NCBI RefSeq assembly: GCF_019393635.1
Contig: NC_057861.1
Location: forward strand, 633,076,827 to 633,140,826
Length of the DNA stretch: 64,000 nucleotides
Reading direction: 5' to 3'
From: Dromiciops gliroides
Lineage: Eukaryota
The translations under genes were made by a program, and so were the position numbers. The first letter of the stretch is position 1, and each line of letters begins with the position of its first letter. This document shows, one piece after another, positions 63,958-64,000 of the stretch. The notes under the pieces were generated by a model. The model made no database searches and was not told the origin of the DNA. It saw only the letters and a program-made list of their open reading frames with translations.

Positions 63958-64000
63958 CTAGTTCAACTCTCTATTTTATTGATAAGGAGACTGAGACTCA

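Overview
This window is vertebrate nuclear DNA from a marsupial, not prokaryotic. It carries the conserved PAGR1–MVP–CDIPT–SEZ6L2 gene block (orthologous to human 16p11.2) and is heavily loaded with retroelements. The marsupial assignment rests on about 36 copies of a roughly 150-bp tRNA-derived SINE (head GGGGCAGCTAGGTGGCACAGTGGATAGAGCAC…GAGTTCAAATCC…, A-rich tail); most copies keep clear target-site duplications (TSDs) and they are absent from coding exons. The genes are: PAGR1 (+, 3 coding exons, 2435–3964); MVP (+, 14 coding exons, 16030–47894, introns full of SINE, L1, RTE and LTR insertions); CDIPT (−, 6 coding exons, 51102–53789, with a CpG-island promoter); and the 3' part of SEZ6L2 (−, from the polyA signal at about 59724 to beyond the window end, with CUB/sushi/TM/NPxY-tail exons). 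Upstream of PAGR1 there is a probable 3' UTR and polyA signal of a further gene, possibly PRRT2. The most notable observations follow. (1) PAGR1, CDIPT and MVP coding exons 1–7 and 9 read cleanly, but MVP exons 8 and 10–14 carry at least about 13 frame-shifting indels. Successive segments match the conserved protein in alternating frames, and at least 3 similar indels occur in SEZ6L2 CUB/sushi exons. This is either recent gene decay or, more likely, consensus indel errors in the assembly. (2) An LTR-retrotransposon-like element with two identical 372-bp LTRs (TG…CA, 4-bp ACAG TSD) and a non-coding 3-kb interior sits in MVP intron 3. (3) SINE density is extreme (about one young SINE per 1.8 kb), with copies nested inside an L1 and one abutting an MVP splice donor. 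No tRNA or rRNA genes, CRISPR arrays or prokaryote-type systems are present.
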